A DNA stretch of 54,072 nucleotides from a bacterium (GTDB taxonomy: Bacteria > Patescibacteriota > Minisyncoccia > Phycocordibacterales > UBA12079): assembly GCA_018401295.1 (NCBI GenBank), contig JAGYLJ010000004.1, positions 1 to 54,072 of the forward strand, in the 5' to 3' direction. The notes beneath the pieces were generated by a model, which worked only from the letters and a program-made list of their open reading frames with translations, was not told where the DNA came from and made no database searches. This document shows, piece by piece, positions 36,433 through 45,136 of the stretch. The position numbers and the translations under genes were made by a program. Position 1 is the first letter of the stretch. Each line of letters opens with the position of its first letter.

Positions 36433-36492
36433 TACTAGTATAAATACTAGTATTGATACTAGTATAAATAGTAGTATCAATACTACTAAGAA
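36433..36492. repeat. five 12-bp-periodic boxes with palindromic core TACTAGTA (iteron/operator array)
   Basis: TACTAGTAT at 36433, 36445 and 36457, TAGTAGTAT at 36469, TACTACTAA at 36481. Exact 12-bp spacing. Confidence 0.85.
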
Positions 36493-36724
36493 TAAAGAAT
36501 GAAGGAAGGTAGAATTCTCAAATGCCATAGCCAAATTCCAGCAATAGAGATTATTAAATAATTTAAAAAGGCAGTTGTTCTAATTTCAGAATGACTGCCT
36601 TTTTTTATGGATAGAGGTATTTTTTTATTTAAATAGTTATCCCACAGACGAAAATTGGGACTGGCGTATACTGTAGTAAACAATATGATATGAAATTCCT
36701 TATTATTAATTTAAGAAAACGAAC

Positions 36725-36934
36725 ATGTCAGAAAATAAAAAGACTGTGGTTTCGTTTAAGGATAAAGATAAAGTTAAAGATGAGCATAAGTTTAGAGATA
36801 CGGTTATGTTAAGAGTTAGTCGTAGTTTAAGGGATGAATTAAAAAAAGAATCGGAAAGAACTTTTATAACTATGTCGCAATTAGGAGACTGGGCATTAAA
36901 AGATTATCTTGATTCAGTTAAATCTTTAGATTAG
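36725..36934 (+). CDS. ribbon-helix-helix (CopG/Arc-like) DNA-binding protein
   Basis: VMLRVSRSLRDELKKESERTFITMSQLGDWALKDYL = beta-strand plus two helices, the RHH pattern. Confidence 0.55.
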   Translation: MSENKKTVVSFKDKDKVKDEHKFRDTVMLRVSRSLRDELKKESERTFITMSQLGDWALKDYLDSVKSLD

Positions 36935-37098
36935 TAGGTTGTGGAGTTTTGTAAACAAAATTTCTCTACAAAGCTTCATTTAAGAAGGATTTTTCTTAAA
37001 TGATATCTTGTCTACCTTTGATCTATTTCGGGCATAAAAACCTGATTTTGGCTCTCCGGGAGGGATAAGATACTTTTTTAGGAAAAATAAAAACAGAA

Positions 37099-37187
37099 TT
37101 ATATGAAGCGAGCATATAATTTCATCATTCGGATTATATAAAAACATATTATTACTTAATCGTTTTTATAAATCCTCACTCGAAATT
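37099..37187 (+). repeat. ~90-bp conserved upstream region, copy A (copy B at 48335-48424)
   Basis: TTATATGAAGCGAGCATATAATT...TTCGGATTATATAAAAACAT..TTATTACTTAATCGTTTTTATAAATCCTCACTCGAAATT-ATG. Roughly 85-90 percent identical by eye to copy B. Confidence 0.85.
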
Positions 37188-37403
37188 ATGAACAAAATTA
37201 ATGAAAAAGAAGAAAATCCGACTCTTTCCATCAATGTATTTGATACTTTGAAGATACAGGCCAAAATGACTTTTGATACTTGTTTTGTTGATGGCATTCA
37301 GTTTACTTATTGGATGGAAGACGAAGACCAAATTAAAGAACGCATAGACGGTATTTTTGATATTCTTTTTGATGAGATAATTAGAGGTGAAAATAGTAAT
37401 TAA
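37188..37403 (+). CDS. 71-aa acidic hypothetical protein upstream of the recombinase
   Basis: track ORF, possible recombination directionality factor by position only. Confidence 0.4.
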   Translation: MNKINEKEENPTLSINVFDTLKIQAKMTFDTCFVDGIQFTYWMEDEDQIKERIDGIFDILFDEIIRGENSN

Positions 37404-37432
37404 TCAGATAACGGGGTAAAATAAAAATAAAT

Positions 37433-39103
37433 ATGGAAACTAAAATTGAAAGAGAAATAAAGTTTATTGCTACTTATTCGAGGGTGTCTACTTCTGCACA
37501 GGAAGTGCAAGAAACAATTCAAAATCAGATTAACTCTTTAAAAGAATATGCTAAGAAAAATAATTGGGAAATAATTCATGAGTATAAAGATGAGGGTTGG
37601 AGTGGGGATGTTCTTAAACGTCCCGGATTAGATCAATTAAGAATCGATGCTAAAAGAAAAGTTTGGGATGCTGTTCTCATTTATGACCCTGACAGATTAG
37701 CGCGAAGATATTCTTATCAAGAGTTAGTGATGGATGAATTAAAAGAAGCGGGAGTGCAAGTGCTTTTTGTTACTGTCGGAACTCCTCAAAATAGTGAGGA
37801 TAAAATTCTTTATGGAGTGAGGGGGCTGTTTGCTGAATATGAAAGAACTAAGATTGCGGAGAGGTTTAGATTAGGGAAGGTCAGTCGAGTAAAGAACGGA
37901 CATATTTTAACCACAGAGGCTCCTTATGGTTATACCTATATTCTCAATCAAGGAAAAAAAGGAGATGCTAATTATATACCAGGCCATCTAGAGATTAATG
38001 AAGATGAAGCTAAGGTAGTGAGAGAAATATTTTCTTGGGTAGCAGATAAAGGGCTGACTGTTCGAGGTGTGGTGAAAAAATTGCAGAAATTAGGCATTCA
38101 GCCAAGAAAAAGTAAGCGAGGAGTGTGGAGCACCAGCTCTCTCAGCACAATGTTACGAAGAGAAACATATATCGGGACGGCTTATTGGAGGAGATCAGAG
38201 GCAATAATACCTGCACATCCTTTAAAGGATGAGAAGTATAAGAAAGTGAAAAAAACTAGTAGACGCTTGAGATCTAAAGAAGAATGGGTCCCGATAACAG
38301 GTATTCCCAAAATTATTGATGAGGATTTATTTAACAGAGCGGGGGAAAGATTAAAAAGTAATTTTGCTACTTTAGGGAGGAATCGGAAATATGAGTATTT
38401 GCTCTCAGGGAAAGTGCGTTGTGGTTGTGGTTGTACAAGAACCGGGAGCGCTACCCAAAAAGGTAAGCATTTGTATTATTGCTGTTCTAATAGGGTCCAT
38501 TCTTTTCCTTTACCTCCCACTTGTTCAGATAGGGCTGTCAATGCCAAAATAACAGATAGAGAATTATGGCACAGGGCTAAATTATTATTGACTTCACCAG
38601 ATTTAATCTTGCGACAAGTTGAGATATGGAATGCAAAATGTAAAAATATTAAATCCGGTGCTGGGTTGCTTGATATAAAGGACCTTCAGAACAAGATAGA
38701 TAAATTAAAAGCAGAAGAAGGTCGAATTGTGGATTTGTATTCTAAAGAAATGATTTCGTTAGAAATGTTTAAAGAAAAGGTTAAGCCAATTAGAGAGAAA
38801 ATTAAAGGGTATGAGGGACAAATCATTAAAGCTAAATTAGAGAAAAATTCTAAAGAAGATTTGTCGGTGGTGGTTAGTGAGAAAGATATTAAAACTTTTA
38901 CGGAGGGGATAAAATCTAAGTTAAACAACTTGAGTTTTACTGCAAAACAAGATATTGTTAGACGTATTACTAATGAAGTAACTATTAGTCACAATTCATT
39001 ACAGGCTTATGGTTGCTTTAATCTAAAAGAAATTTATGACGCGTTGTGTTCTAAGTATAGGAATTGTGGGGCTACCCAACGTTGGGAAATCGACCTTGTT
39101 TAA
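37433..39103 (+). CDS. large serine recombinase (integrase)
   Basis: resolvase catalytic domain ATYSRVSTSAQ...DAVLIYDPDRLAR, recombinase domain, Cys-rich zinc-ribbon CGCGCTRTG...YYCCSN, C-terminal coiled coil. The last ~22 codons overlap ychF out of frame. Confidence 0.9.
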   Translation: METKIEREIKFIATYSRVSTSAQEVQETIQNQINSLKEYAKKNNWEIIHEYKDEGWSGDVLKRPGLDQLRIDAKRKVWDAVLIYDPDRLARRYSYQELVMDELKEAGVQVLFVTVGTPQNSEDKILYGVRGLFAEYERTKIAERFRLGKVSRVKNGHILTTEAPYGYTYILNQGKKGDANYIPGHLEINEDEAKVVREIFSWVADKGLTVRGVVKKLQKLGIQPRKSKRGVWSTSSLSTMLRRETYIGTAYWRRSEAIIPAHPLKDEKYKKVKKTSRRLRSKEEWVPITGIPKIIDEDLFNRAGERLKSNFATLGRNRKYEYLLSGKVRCGCGCTRTGSATQKGKHLYYCCSNRVHSFPLPPTCSDRAVNAKITDRELWHRAKLLLTSPDLILRQVEIWNAKCKNIKSGAGLLDIKDLQNKIDKLKAEEGRIVDLYSKEMISLEMFKEKVKPIREKIKGYEGQIIKAKLEKNSKEDLSVVVSEKDIKTFTEGIKSKLNNLSFTAKQDIVRRITNEVTISHNSLQAYGCFNLKEIYDALCSKYRNCGATQRWEIDLV

Positions 39104-40166
39104 CGCTTTGACAGAAAAAGCTGTTTCGGCCGAGAATTATCCTTTTTGTACTATTGATCCTTCAATAGGTGTGGTGTCTGTGCCTGACGATCGTTTAGAA
39201 AAATTAAGTAAATTTTCAAAATCAGCTAAGACCGTTCACGCAGCGGTTGAATTTGTGGATATTGCTGGTTTGGTAAAAGGGGCTCATTCAGGTGAAGGGT
39301 TGGGTAATAAATTTTTAGCTAATATTAGAGAGGTGGATGCCATTATTGAGATGGTGCGTATTTTTGAAGATGGGGAAATTATTCATGTGGATGGGAAGAT
39401 CAGTCCAATGGATGATATTGAAGTAATTAATTTAGAGTTGATAATGGCTGATTTCCAAACAGTTACGAAGAGAATTGCTAATCTCTCTAGAGATATTAAG
39501 AGACAGGATAAAAAGGCGGTGGCTGAAAATAATGTTTTAGTGAAAATTGAAAAAACTCTTGATGCTGGGCAGTTGGCTTCATCTTTAGCTTTGAGTGAAG
39601 AAGAATTAGTAATAGTAAAAAGTTTACATCTTTTGACCATGAAGCCAATTTTGTATGTTTTTAATAAAAAAATGGGAGGAAAAAACTTGGATGAGTTAGA
39701 CCCTAACCCTCCGGACGGGCAAAGTGATCCTCGTTGGTTGGAAGTTGAGGATTTTTTAGAAAAAAGTAATTCTAAATGGATAAAGGTTGATGCTCAAATT
39801 GAACATGAGCTTAAAGGATTACCTGAGGATGAGAGAGATGATTATAAACAAACATTGGGTGGGTCTTGTGATGATGTTGATTATTTGATCAGGAAGGGTT
39901 ATGAGCTTTTGGACCTTATTACTTATTTTACAACAGGGGAGGATGAATCAAGGGCTTGGAATACCAGAAGAGATTCTACTGCTCCAGAAGCAGGGAGAGC
40001 TATTCATAATGATTTTAAAGATAAATTTATAAAAGCAGATGTGATTAATTGGCAGGATTTGTTGAATGCTGGTTCTCGGGGTAAAGCTCGTGAGGAAGGT
40101 TTAATTCGAACGGAAGGGAAGGGTTATGTTGTTCAGGACGGTGACGTGATTGAGTTTAAAATATAA
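39036..40166 (+). CDS. ychF: ribosome-binding ATPase YchF (Obg-like GTPase family), N-terminus supplied by the element
   Basis: GIVGLPNVGKSTLFNALT P-loop, DIAGLVKGA, coiled-coil insert, C-terminal TGS-like YVVQDGDVIEF. Confidence 0.93.
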   Translation: MTRCVLSIGIVGLPNVGKSTLFNALTEKAVSAENYPFCTIDPSIGVVSVPDDRLEKLSKFSKSAKTVHAAVEFVDIAGLVKGAHSGEGLGNKFLANIREVDAIIEMVRIFEDGEIIHVDGKISPMDDIEVINLELIMADFQTVTKRIANLSRDIKRQDKKAVAENNVLVKIEKTLDAGQLASSLALSEEELVIVKSLHLLTMKPILYVFNKKMGGKNLDELDPNPPDGQSDPRWLEVEDFLEKSNSKWIKVDAQIEHELKGLPEDERDDYKQTLGGSCDDVDYLIRKGYELLDLITYFTTGEDESRAWNTRRDSTAPEAGRAIHNDFKDKFIKADVINWQDLLNAGSRGKAREEGLIRTEGKGYVVQDGDVIEFKI

Positions 40167-40277
40167 ACATCTAGTGGTTGACTTAATTATTTTTATGCCG
40201 TATAGTTTTATTAGTGTAATTCGCTAGTGGGGCGGATAAATTTGTTCTTTTTGTTTTTTCTAGAAAGGAGAATGAAA

Positions 40278-40499
40278 ATGGTAGAGACGGAACTACAGAA
40301 AGGTGATGAGTTCAGGGGAGATTGCTTGGGTAATATTAGACTTTTTAGGAAGGGAGGGAATATGGGGGTTCTTGCCTCGGGGATGAGGATAACCCAGAAC
40401 CTCGAAGGTTTCCATTGTTTTGCCGAAAAACTCGCAAAAAGGTTTGGTCCTTTCAACGTCCGTCCTCGCAAGGATCCTTGGATCCTGGAACTGGAGTGA
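40278..40499 (+). CDS. 73-aa hypothetical protein in a G+C-richer patch
   Basis: AAAGGAG 7 nt before ATG 40278, strong terminator after the stop. Long ORFs on both strands here, so coding status is uncertain. Confidence 0.4.
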   Translation: MVETELQKGDEFRGDCLGNIRLFRKGGNMGVLASGMRITQNLEGFHCFAEKLAKRFGPFNVRPRKDPWILELE

Positions 40500-40512
40500 C
40501 ATTCCACTTTTG

Positions 40513-40546
40513 GCCTCGTGCGCTGTTTGCACGAGGCTGTTTTTTT
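40513..40546 (+). terminator. Rho-independent terminator
   Basis: GCCTCGTGC-GCTGTTT-GCACGAGGC followed by TGTTTTTTT. Confidence 0.8.
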
Positions 40547-40622
40547 GTATTGTGTTTAAAATTGCCACTTGCTATCATTAATATATAGATATTAATAATT
40601 AATAAAAGTTAATTAGAGAAAA

Positions 40623-40735
40623 ACCCATATTAAATATCATTTGAGTTTAAAAAACTCAAATGATTCAAATTTCTACGAAATTTGATTTAACAGGGTAATA
40701 TTTTTCTAATTCGCTTTGCTCATAAGAAAAATATT
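40623..40735 (+). promoter_or_regulatory. three-hairpin leader module (second full copy)
   Basis: hairpin 40638-40662 and hairpin 40666-40684, then ATTTAACAGGGTAAT (40685-40699). Hairpin 40697-40735 ends at ATG 40736. Confidence 0.7.
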
Positions 40736-41293
40736 ATGCAAACCAAACAAATTTTAAAGTGGCCGTTAATAATTGGGATTGTAGTTGTTCTCAATTTATT
40801 CTTTTTGTACGCGGTCAAAGTAGTTTATCCCACTCCAGAATATACTAATTTCTGTGAAGAAAAGCCTATTGTCAAAGATATAAATAATCAAGACGAATGC
40901 TTAACTGAGGGGGGACAATGGGTTGAGGATAATTATAGGTTAAAACCACCTGTTTCCCAGGTGATAAATGAAGAATTGGTGGTGACCGAGCCGAACGGTT
41001 ACTGCAATCAGCGATTTACTTGTAGTCAAGAATATCAGACGGCTCGAGAGGATTATGAAAGAAATGTTTTTATTGCTTTGATTATTTTTGGAGTTATTTC
41101 GGTAGTGATTGGTTTCGCAACTATGGGTAAAGAAGTTATTTCAGTTGCCATGTCTCTTGGTGGAGTTTTATCTTTTATTATCGCTTCTGTTCGTTATTGG
41201 CAATATGCCAGTGATTGGTTGCATTTAGGGATATTAGGATTAGGTTTGGCTGTTCTAATATATCTTGGGATAAAAAAGTTCACTGATAATTAA
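40736..41293 (+). CDS. hypothetical membrane protein (N-terminal TM, Cys-containing ectodomain, 3 C-terminal TM)
   Basis: hydrophobicity pattern only. Confidence 0.6.
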   Translation: MQTKQILKWPLIIGIVVVLNLFFLYAVKVVYPTPEYTNFCEEKPIVKDINNQDECLTEGGQWVEDNYRLKPPVSQVINEELVVTEPNGYCNQRFTCSQEYQTAREDYERNVFIALIIFGVISVVIGFATMGKEVISVAMSLGGVLSFIIASVRYWQYASDWLHLGILGLGLAVLIYLGIKKFTDN

Positions 41294-41422
41294 TTTAAAA
41301 TTAGCGTAGAACTTCGTTGATTTCGAAAAAATTATTTTCGTCGTATGCTCGATACACCTCAAATAATTTTTTCTTATCGCCTCGTTCTACATCTAATTTA
41401 AGATTAATTAAGTATAAAAAAA

Positions 41423-41457
41423 GGGTGGCTCGCGTAAGCGAGCCACTCTTTTTTTAT
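41423..41457 (+). terminator. Rho-independent terminator
   Basis: GGGTGGCTCGC-GTAA-GCGAGCCACTC followed by TTTTTTT. Confidence 0.85.
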
Positions 41458-41490
41458 TTCCATTTTTTAGGTATGATATTAGTTAACTTT

Positions 41491-43911
41491 ATGAGAAAAT
41501 ACAATCATAAAAAAATAGAGGAGAAATGGCAGAAAAAGTGGGAAGACGACCATGTTGTTAAGATAGATAAGGATGACACAAAGAAAAAATTTTATATGTT
41601 AGACATGTTTCCTTATCCTTCTGGAGAGGGTTTGCATATGGGACATACTGAATCTTATACTGCCAGTGATGTTTTTACACGTTTTAAGACTATGCAGGGT
41701 TTCAATGTGTTACATCCACAAGGTTTTGATGCTTTTGGATTGCCGGCAGAGAATTATGCGATTAAAACTGGAATTGATCCTAAAACTAGTACAGCCCAGA
41801 ACATTAGTAACTTTATTGTACAGATGAAGTCTTTGGGTTTGAGATATGATTTTGACGAAAAAGTTGTTACCTACGAACCAGAATATTATAAATGGACTCA
41901 GTGGCTGTTTGGAAAGTTTTTTGATAACAATTTGGTCTATAAAAAAACTTCTAAAATAAATTGGTGTGAATCTTGTCAGACTGGAATTGCTAATGAACAA
42001 GTGATTGGGGGAGAATGTGAAAGATGTGGAACTCAAATTGTACAAAAAGAAATTCCAGGTTGGTTTTTTAAGATTACAGATTTTGCCGATGCTTTGATAA
42101 ATGATTTAGATACGGTTGATTGGCCAGAGCATACTAAGAAAAATCAAAGAAACTGGATAGGAAAGAGTGAAGGAGCACTTATTAAATTTTCAATTTCTAA
42201 TTTTCAATTTTCAAAAGAAAAAACAGAAGAAAAACAAATCAAAGTTTTTACTACAAGACCAGATACACTTTTTGGGGCGACTTATATGGTGTTGGCTCCT
42301 GAACATCCGCTCGTGCAAGATTTGGTAATCGGATTACCAAATAAGGTTGAGGTAGAGAAATATATTTTAGATTCTCGAAAAAAGACAGAAATGGATAGAA
42401 TAGAAGGAAAAGAAAAAACAGGTGTAAAGTTGGAAGGAATTTTTGCCATTAATCCAGCTATTGCCCGATCCGAAGGATTTAGGGCCAATTCAGAAGAGAT
42501 TCCTATTTTTATAGCTGACTATGTCTTAAGTGGTTATGGAACTGGGGCGATTATGGCTGTACCAGCTCATGATGAAAGAGATTTTGAGTTTGCGACTAAA
42601 TTTGGGGTAGAAATTAAGGAGGTTATTTCTGGTGGAATTATTAAAGAAAGAGCTTATTCTGGTGATGGAATTTTAGTAAATTCAGGTCAGTTTGATGGGA
42701 TGGATTCAGAAGAAGCTAAAAAGAAAATTACTGAATTTGTGGGTGGGGAATTAACTACAAATTATAGGTTGAGGGATTGGTCAATGTCTCGTCAGAGATA
42801 TTGGGGATGTCCTATTCCGATTGTTTATTCACCAGAAGGTGAAGCTAAATGTATTCCTGAAGAACATTTACCTTGGTTGTTGCCAACTGATGTGGATTTT
42901 GTGCCATCCGGAAAATCACCACTAGAAAAATCCGTAGAATTTAGAGAACGAACGGAAAAGATTTTTGGGGAAGGTTGGACTCCAGAATTTGATACCATGG
43001 ATACTTTTGTAGATTCATCTTGGTATTTTTTGCGTTATCCTGATGTTCATAATGAGAAAGAATTTTGTTCAGAGAAACGTAAAGAATGGTTGCCAGTAGA
43101 TTTGTATATTGGTGGGGCAGAGCATACCTATATGCATCTTTTGTTTTCAAGATTTTTTGTAAAGGCGATGAATAAAATTGGTTTGTTAGATTTTAATGAA
43201 CCTTTTTTGAAATTACGACATCAAGGAATGGTATTGGATGGGGAAGGAAAGAAAATGTCAAAGTCAAAAGGGAATGTGACCAATCCCGACGAAATGGTGG
43301 AAAGGTTTGGCGCGGACTCAACTCGTACTTATATGTTATTTGCTGCGCCGTTAGAAGATGAAGTTATGTGGAACGAAGACAATATTGTCGGAGTGTATAG
43401 ATTTTTAGAAAAAGTTTTTTATCAAGTAGATAAATTAGAAAAAGAAAGTTCTAAAGAAGTTCAAAATTCTTTGCATAAAACTATTAGGAAAGTTGGGAAT
43501 GATATTGATGAATTGAAATACAATACTGCTGTTTCAGAGATGATGAAGTTTATGAACGTGGTAAAAAATTATCAAATTTCTCAAGAAGATTTTGAAAAAT
43601 TTTTGAAAATTTTAGCGCCATTTGCTCCGCACATTGCTGAAGAAATTTGGGAGAGCTTAGGTAATAAATCCTCGATTCATCTTGAAAAGTGGCCAGAATA
43701 TGATGTAAAATTAGCTAAGGATGATACTTATGTTATTGCTGTCCAGGTGAACGGAAAAGTTAGGGCTGAAATTGAGATTGGAGACGGAGCTTCCGAAGAA
43801 GATGTTAAGGAAATGGTTTTTTCTGACCTTCAAATTAAAAAATGGATTGGCGAGCATGAGGTTAAGAAAAGTATTTATATAAAAAATAAGATTTTTAATA
43901 TAGTGGTTTAA
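41491..43911 (+). CDS. leuS: leucyl-tRNA synthetase
   Basis: MRKYNHKKIEEKWQKKWE start, HIGH-type LHMGHTESY, KMSKS (GKKMSKSKGN), CP1 editing domain. The track ORF start 41317 reads through the upstream terminator and is rejected. Confidence 0.95.
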   Translation: MRKYNHKKIEEKWQKKWEDDHVVKIDKDDTKKKFYMLDMFPYPSGEGLHMGHTESYTASDVFTRFKTMQGFNVLHPQGFDAFGLPAENYAIKTGIDPKTSTAQNISNFIVQMKSLGLRYDFDEKVVTYEPEYYKWTQWLFGKFFDNNLVYKKTSKINWCESCQTGIANEQVIGGECERCGTQIVQKEIPGWFFKITDFADALINDLDTVDWPEHTKKNQRNWIGKSEGALIKFSISNFQFSKEKTEEKQIKVFTTRPDTLFGATYMVLAPEHPLVQDLVIGLPNKVEVEKYILDSRKKTEMDRIEGKEKTGVKLEGIFAINPAIARSEGFRANSEEIPIFIADYVLSGYGTGAIMAVPAHDERDFEFATKFGVEIKEVISGGIIKERAYSGDGILVNSGQFDGMDSEEAKKKITEFVGGELTTNYRLRDWSMSRQRYWGCPIPIVYSPEGEAKCIPEEHLPWLLPTDVDFVPSGKSPLEKSVEFRERTEKIFGEGWTPEFDTMDTFVDSSWYFLRYPDVHNEKEFCSEKRKEWLPVDLYIGGAEHTYMHLLFSRFFVKAMNKIGLLDFNEPFLKLRHQGMVLDGEGKKMSKSKGNVTNPDEMVERFGADSTRTYMLFAAPLEDEVMWNEDNIVGVYRFLEKVFYQVDKLEKESSKEVQNSLHKTIRKVGNDIDELKYNTAVSEMMKFMNVVKNYQISQEDFEKFLKILAPFAPHIAEEIWESLGNKSSIHLEKWPEYDVKLAKDDTYVIAVQVNGKVRAEIEIGDGASEEDVKEMVFSDLQIKKWIGEHEVKKSIYIKNKIFNIVV

Positions 43912-44015
43912 AATTATAAACATAAAAATTTGACTTTTCCCGAAAAAAATGCTAAAAATAGACATACGTTAATCCACCAGATAATCCTTAAAATTAAGCT
44001 TATATTGAGATAGGC

Positions 44016-45062
44016 ATGGTTTTAGAAGATAAAAATATGACAATCAAATTTAACCCAAAACAAATAAGTAGGAAACTTCTAGTTGAATTACCTGAGAGAT
44101 CTCAGGATATTATTATGCGTAGGTATGGTTTGGATAAGGATGCCAAAAAAAATACCTTAGACGCTATTGGTAAACAATACGGAGTTACTAGAGAGAGGGT
44201 TAGACAAATAGAGAATTATTCTATTAAAAATATAAAGAAATCAGATTCTTTTAAGAGCCCTGAAACGGAGGCTGTTTTTAATGAATTGGCTGAAGTCATA
44301 AAATCTCTGGGGGAAATTGTTTCTGAAGACCAATTGCTTAATCACTTATCAGAGGATAAACAAACACAAAATCATTTGTTGTTGCTGTTAATTTTAGGTG
44401 ATGCTTTTATTAGGGAAAAAGAAAGTTCAGAATTTAAAAGTAGATGGTTTGTTGATAAAAAATTATCTAAAGATATTCTTAATATACTAAAAAAATTACA
44501 CAAAGAATTTGATGAAAGTCGATTACTTCCAGAAAAAGAAGTTGTTGCTTTGGTTTACAAAAATGCTAAACATCGCGAAAGAAACGAGGATCACGTAAAA
44601 AGATGGTTGTCTTTGTCTAAAGTGATAGGTAAAAATCCTTTTGATGAATGGGGTTTGGCAAAATCACCAGACGTTAAAGTTAAAGGTATTCGTAGTCACG
44701 CCTATTTAGTTGTTAAACAAAATGGATCTCCAATGCATTTTAAGGAGGTGGCTAATATGATTCAAAAACATTTCAATAAGAAAGTACATGTAGCAACTTG
44801 CCATAACGAGTTAATAAAAGACAAAAGGTTTATCTTAGTTGGAAGAGGTCTTTATGCTTTGTCAGAATGGGGTTATACAGAAGGTATCGTAAAAGATGTT
44901 ATTAGAGATATTTTACAAAAAGAAAGTCCTCTTTCGAGGGAAGAAATCATAGATAGAGTATTGAAAGAAAGATATGTAAAGGGAAATACTGTTATTGTAA
45001 ACTTGCAAAATTCAGACTTTTTTAAGAGGGATGAAAACGGTTTATATTACATCTCTTCCTAA
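44016..45062 (+). CDS. sigma-70 region-4-like HTH protein with C-terminal HARE-HTH-like domain
   Basis: ERSQDIIMRRYGLD...TLDAIGKQYGVTRERVRQIENYSIKNI (r4 pattern). GSPMHFKEVANMI...GRGLYALSEWGY (HARE-HTH/RpoE-N-like). Confidence 0.6.
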   Translation: MVLEDKNMTIKFNPKQISRKLLVELPERSQDIIMRRYGLDKDAKKNTLDAIGKQYGVTRERVRQIENYSIKNIKKSDSFKSPETEAVFNELAEVIKSLGEIVSEDQLLNHLSEDKQTQNHLLLLLILGDAFIREKESSEFKSRWFVDKKLSKDILNILKKLHKEFDESRLLPEKEVVALVYKNAKHRERNEDHVKRWLSLSKVIGKNPFDEWGLAKSPDVKVKGIRSHAYLVVKQNGSPMHFKEVANMIQKHFNKKVHVATCHNELIKDKRFILVGRGLYALSEWGYTEGIVKDVIRDILQKESPLSREEIIDRVLKERYVKGNTVIVNLQNSDFFKRDENGLYYISS

Positions 45063-45136
45063 GCTAACTCCTGAAGTAGTTAAATATGATGAAAAAATAA
45101 AAAGTGCCCGAAGTGCTGTTATTTGGATATTATAAA

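Larger units (their letters stand above)
13712..39064. mobile_element. about 25.3-kb integrated element (serine-recombinase type) inserted in the 5' end of ychF
   Basis: split ychF start (13695 stub versus 39036 ORF). The large serine recombinase gene at the right end overlaps ychF. Cargo is accessory only (RM, RiPP, toxin, prim-pol remnant). Junctions share ATmGGmATkGnnGG. Boundaries are good to about +/-10 bp. Confidence 0.55.

Noticed and set aside
35656-36683. Minus-strand ORFs 35656-35889 and 36486-36683
   Set aside because: They have junk-like translations and no SD, the second runs across the TACTAGTA array, and the region is better treated as non-coding control DNA
40390-40402. 11-mer ACCCAGAACCT shared with the GIY-YIG cassette inverted repeat (50409-50419)
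   Set aside because: It is an isolated short match without flanking similarity. That is too weak to link the loci
40225-40546. RNase P RNA or tmRNA (size and G+C fit)
   Set aside because: It lacks the P4 strands (GAAAGUCCGG / ACAGAACCCGGCUUA). It has no tRNA-like acceptor/T-arm (GGUUCGA..CCA) and no resume-codon tag context
41294-41490. Possible T-box leader for leuS (GGGTGGCTCGCG resembles the T-box GGGUGGNACCGCG)
   Set aside because: The motif is simply the 5' arm of a perfect terminator hairpin. No alternative antiterminator, specifier loop or stem I features could be drawn, and UGGC would demand a G discriminator, unlike tRNA-Leu
41317-41490. N-terminal 58-aa extension of leuS in the track ORF
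   Set aside because: It reads through a strong terminator, and LeuRS homology begins at MRKYNHKKIEEKWQ (41491)
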